The translations under genes and the position numbers were made by a program. Shown piece after piece: positions 59,963 to 64,000 of a DNA stretch of 64,000 nucleotides (positions are counted from its first letter, which is position 1; the number at the start of each line of letters is the position of its first letter). This DNA comes from Raillietiella orientalis. Taxonomy: Eukaryota. Location: the NCBI GenBank assembly GCA_036172245.1, contig JAYWIR010000024.1, forward strand, positions 1,240,001 to 1,304,000. The letters run 5' to 3'. Below the pieces are notes generated by a model. That model did no database searches, was not told the origin of the DNA, and saw only the letters and a list, made by a program, of their open reading frames with translations.

Positions 59963-60048
59963 TCCCGGATGGCAACTGCTGAAGTGCTGACTCGGGACCC
60001 CTTTGCGAGAGCCCGAGTCTGCACTTCAGCAGTTGCCATTCTTTGGGA
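59963..60048. other. Long hairpin: 28-bp stem (1 mismatch), 15-nt loop
   Basis: ATGGCAACTGCTGAAGTGCTGACTCGGG (59969-59996) pairs with CCCGAGTCTGCACTTCAGCAGTTGCCAT (60012-60039), and imperfect pairing continues below. Confidence 0.93.
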
Positions 60049-60181
60049 GGAGTCTCCAGCGGTGCCTTCTTTTGCCTCGAACCTTCCCCAGTAGCTCCCT
60101 CTTTGCTCTTTTCTTTCCTCTTCCACGACTTACTGCCAACTCCGGAAAAAGTCACCGTTGCTGCAGGAGGCACGTCGTCCA

Positions 60182-62170
60182 GAGTCCAGCGCGGCTGGGA
60201 GTCTGCTATTTGAGCGCACCTGCTGGGGCACCCTCCGCACAGCCGAGACGTCCCAGAAGACCTCTAGCCCGCGGCCCCGCCGAAAATCGAGGCTCGGCCC
60301 GATGGGCAGCACCTCCCGGGCGAGTCCTGCGCGAGGAATCCCAGCAGGGGCGCCGCCTGACTCGCGGGTCCATCCCGAGCTGGGAGTAGCAGCGACTCTC
60401 CTCCGCCCCTCCCCGGAGCCCACCATGGGCAGAGCGGGCGGGTTTCCTCGCGGACGGGATGCCAGGAGGACTTGGGGCGACCCGCGAGGCAATCGCCGGC
60501 TCTCTTCCACTCCCGCCAGATAGGAGCACGGGGGTGTCCTCCGGACCGCGGGCGATGCAGGTTGCAAGCAGGGCGTAAATTCCCACGCGAACCCTGCGTG
60601 TTGCGACTCTCCCATAGCCCTTCTGCCTCCCGCTTTCTCGTGGGGATCCTCTCCGCCTCCGAAACCACTTGGCACCCCTAGAAGCCCCGGAAACGCTGCC
60701 CGCTAACATCTTGGTGGGTTTCCCCGCAACGGAACTGGGATTTTTCCCGAGAGGACTTCGCCCTTGACACTCCATGCGAGTGCGACATCGGCTGGGGCCA
60801 CAGACTGGGACGCCTTCCCGATAAAGCAGCGTTCAGGAGCTCTGAGGCCCAAGAAGAAGCAGCTGAAGAGCGGCCATGGACAGGGGTGACCGAACGTCGA
60901 GGGCTTTCACGACACGGTGGTGGTTCCCGGCCACTGAGAGGCTTCGGGGAATGCCGTCGTTGGTGCACACCTGCAGAGGGCGGAGAGTCCGGGAGATGTG
61001 GCAAGGGGAAACGCGGAGCGGACCTGAGGGAAGATGGGAGGCCGGCGAGCCGGACAAAGCTGCAGGAGGCCCGATCTCGCTCCCGTCGTTTCGACTGCTC
61101 CTCGTGAGGTTCAGCTTGACGAAGAGGGTCACCAGCGTTTGGTCCAGGAACAACCCGAGCATTCAGGGCAAGGGAGCTTTCGTCAAGCTCCCAGCCAAGC
61201 TTCTCGGCAAGACATTTTCAAGGAATCCGAGGAGTTCGCTCAAGTCTCCGGCAGGATACCTGGCGCGCGGGAACGAGGGGGTGAGCCATCCCGCCCACCC
61301 GCCCGAACTCGTCTGAGTCTGAGCTCCGGAGGGAGTGAGAGGCAGAGGGAGGGCATACATCATCGAAAGATGGCCGCGCTTCTTTTCCAGGGGAGCGCTT
61401 GCTTCGGTGCGGAGGTCTCGGTCCCCTGGTGGGGGGGGGGGATCGAGACGACGAGATGACCCAAGGAGGTCTTCCCGCGAGCGAGTCTGGAGTCCCGCAG
61501 AAGGAGTGGTGCGCCCCAGACTCGGGCCGGATCCGCGGGAGCTGCGCCGGCAGAGTTGATCGAGTCGCGTCCCGCGAGCCACTACTCAAGGCGAGCGCCA
61601 GGCGAGGCCCCGTCACCCTGTCGGGCGATGCAGCGTTAGCAGGGCGGCATCGCCAGGAAACAAAAGGTGCTCGTCAGCAGCGCGGACAAATCGAATCTCA
61701 TCGATCCGTCAGCATCTCTCTGACCTATTTCCCCTTCCCCCTTTTCACACAGGAATTTTCGTCCTTCGGACCTCGGAATTCTCGCGCGCACATGAGGGAC
61801 ACCTTCGCTCCCCGGAAGCCTCGGGCTGTCGACGGACGCCCCGACGATTGCTTCGCGGGTTGCTCCAAGTCCGCCTGGCATCCCGTCCGCGAGGAAATCC
61901 GTCCGCTCTGCCCATGGTGGGCGCCGGGGAGGGGCGGAGGAGAGTCGCTGCTACTCCCAGCTCGGGATGGACCCGCGAGTCAGGCGGAGCCCCTGCTGGG
62001 ATACCTCGCTCAGGACTCGCCCGGGCGGTGCTGCCCATCGGGCCGAGCCTCGACCATCGGCGGAGCCGCGGGCTGGCGGTCTTCTTCTGGGACAGCCCAG
62101 CTACGCGGCCGCGCGGAGGGCGCCCTGGCAGGTGCTCCCAGATAGCAGACGCCCTGGCTGTGCTGGGCTC
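60182..62170. repeat. Inverted repeat, ~320-330-bp arms (60182-60499 / 61841-62170), ~1340-bp spacer
   Basis: Reverse-complement match with an identical core of about 64 bp. The peptide SRLGPMGST...RGIPAGAPPDSRVHPELGVAATLLRPSP appears on both strands. Confidence 0.95.
60830..61260 (-). mobile_element. Decayed LINE RT thumb fragment inside the 60-62 kb spacer
   Basis: MLGLFLDQTL (LG..LD..L motif) followed by ..LR....ISRTLRP (LY....RP-like). Confidence 0.45.
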
Positions 62171-64000
62171 CCGAAGGCACCTCGTTGGCGCCTTCGGGCG
62201 CACCATCCCAAGTCTCTCTACGGCGGTTGGTTTCTCGTTTGCCTGGCTGAGCTGTCCCGTCGCTGTCTGGTCGTGCAGCTCGCACTGCACCTGACCGATC
62301 CCAGGACGGCGGCTGGGGGGCGGTCCGTGCTCTTCGGCCGTTCTTGAAAGCCTCGTCCGCCAAGGCACGTTCGACGCGGCCGTGACGCGGAAGCCCGCAG
62401 TGCGCGCAATCCTCGGCGCAGCCACGCTCCGCACTCCCTGATCACCGGCGAGAAGCCGTGGCCACACGCTCGACCACGCGGAGACCCCAGCCACCTCCCC
62501 GATCAGGGCAGCGGACCTCGGACCGTCCGCGACACCGCCGAAGAAGCCGCGTCTGGGATGAGGTGCCGAGTCGGATCGCTGCGTGCGGCGCCCTCTCGTG
62601 CGCGCCCAGCGGCGTGCTCCACAACCGGTCGAAGGCACCGACGCAAGGGGTCTCTTGTGAGCGTCGCCGCCGGCCCCTCGGGAGCACCCCTGGGGCGCTG
62701 GGAAGTGCTCGGGAAAGGAGGCGGACCCGAGGCGGGCTCTGCGGCAGCCGTACGAAGAGGTGAGCTGGCGATCCTGCGGCTGCACCTCGCCGAAGCGGTG
62801 CGTCTGGCGATTGTCCCCGGCAACCAGGGCAGCCACCCGATCGATGAAGGGGCCTCCCGAACCACCGGCGGCGGAGGAGGGCTGGCGCCGACTGAAGGGA
62901 GCGGCCCTTCAGGATTTTTGCGAGTGGCGCCAACAGCTCCGTACGGACGGGGCGAGAAGATGGGCGGAGCGCGAAGATAGTGGCGAATTCGTTCTTCGCG
63001 GTGGCTCCGTTCCGTCAGCAAACGCCGGGAGCAACGCAGGGTGTTGGGAATTTCCCGACTGGCTCGCTTTGCCTCGCTCGGGACTCCTAAGAATCCCCGT
63101 GTAGTTCACGCAGGGGTGTGTGGGAACGAAAGGGAAAATGGCGCGCGCGTTTTCCTCTTCCGCACGCCGGGTGACCTGGTTCGGAGAGAGGGGGGGAGGG
63201 CTCTCCCGCCAGTGGCGTGCGCGCTTTAGCGGCGCCCGCGAACGGACTCTCGGGACCGGAGCAAACTCCGCGTGCTGCCGGAAATCTCCGCCGAGCATCC
63301 CAAGCGCGCGTCTTAGGGAACACTTCCCCCAGGCTCGCCCGACGGCATCAGAACGAAGAGGGGGCGGCCTCCGGTTCGGCGGGGTGGAGGGGGGGCGTCA
63401 CTCCCCGAACCGCCTAGGGACGCGACCCGCGGAGGGACCCTCCATCCGCCATGCGGCATGCGGGGCGACTTCGCCACAGCGAGCGAGAGAACGGAGTTTA
63501 TTGCTTTCGCGTTCTGTCGACCGCGGGAGAGCGCGCGCGCGCATGAGCGTCCGCCGCGCCGCGCCGCGCCGAAAAAGGAAACGATACGTGGAAGAAAAAG
63601 GACGAGCGCGAGCTCTGGAAAGACATTCCTAGAGATGGCGTCGTAAATGTCCATCAAGGAAAGAATGCGGGATATCTGTTTTCCTTCTCCGTATTTCAGG
63701 AAACCATTCTCGGGAGGAAAAGCAACAGGAGCATGCCGATCGGTTATTCTTCGAAAGGAGGGGGGGGGGGGGGGAGGGGAGGAGGAAGGAAAACCCAAGG
63801 CTACAAGAGGCGCGGGGAGTTATCATGTTCGGATCAGCGCCACGGCAGATCGGTGGTCTCCATGGTGAAGCGGGGGCTGATATATTGTTGCCGGGACGTT
63901 GGGAGCTTTCGCGCGAAAGTTTTCTCCTGCCTCGGAGTCGCCGCATACATTAAGACGCCGAAGGGAGATCGCCGAAGAACCCGCGAGACAGATTGCAGTA

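Noticed and set aside
63680..63760. Acceptor-like TTTTCCTTCTCCGTATTTCAG
   Set aside because: No donor or recognisable coding sequence follows within the window.
1..64000. CRISPR arrays, tRNA/rRNA/snRNA genes, prokaryotic operons, intact transposase or RT genes
   Set aside because: None was recognisable by eye. The locus is spliceosomal and eukaryotic. A covariance-model search (Rfam, tRNAscan-SE) would be needed to exclude small RNA genes formally.

Overview
This is eukaryotic (animal) genomic DNA. It is GC- and CpG-rich, with many microsatellites and homopolymer runs. The only protein-coding gene I can support is a complete five-exon cyclin D on the + strand (CDS 7383-7619, 8076-8291, 11030-11192, 16344-16492, 17937-18092; 306 aa). 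It has an N-terminal LxCxE motif, a cyclin box, a C-terminal TPTDV degron and the vertebrate CCND intron positions. A candidate promoter lies at about 6.05-6.19 kb (TATA, CRE-like, E2F-like and four TCAGCTG boxes), a chain of uORFs sits just before the start codon, and a candidate poly(A) signal is at 18761. The rest is non-coding and littered with decayed non-LTR retrotransposon (LINE) fragments. These include four copies of one L1/Tx1-like family, two of which retain a structured 3' end. The most unusual structure is a set of local inverted repeats from 29 to 62 kb: a 481-bp pair with only 7 differences, pairs of about 282, 320, 240 and 115 bp, and a pre-miRNA-sized hairpin at 60 kb. Almost all ORFs in the supplied track are chance ORFs of GC-rich or low-complexity DNA. 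Alignments were done by eye, and retroelement boundaries are approximate.
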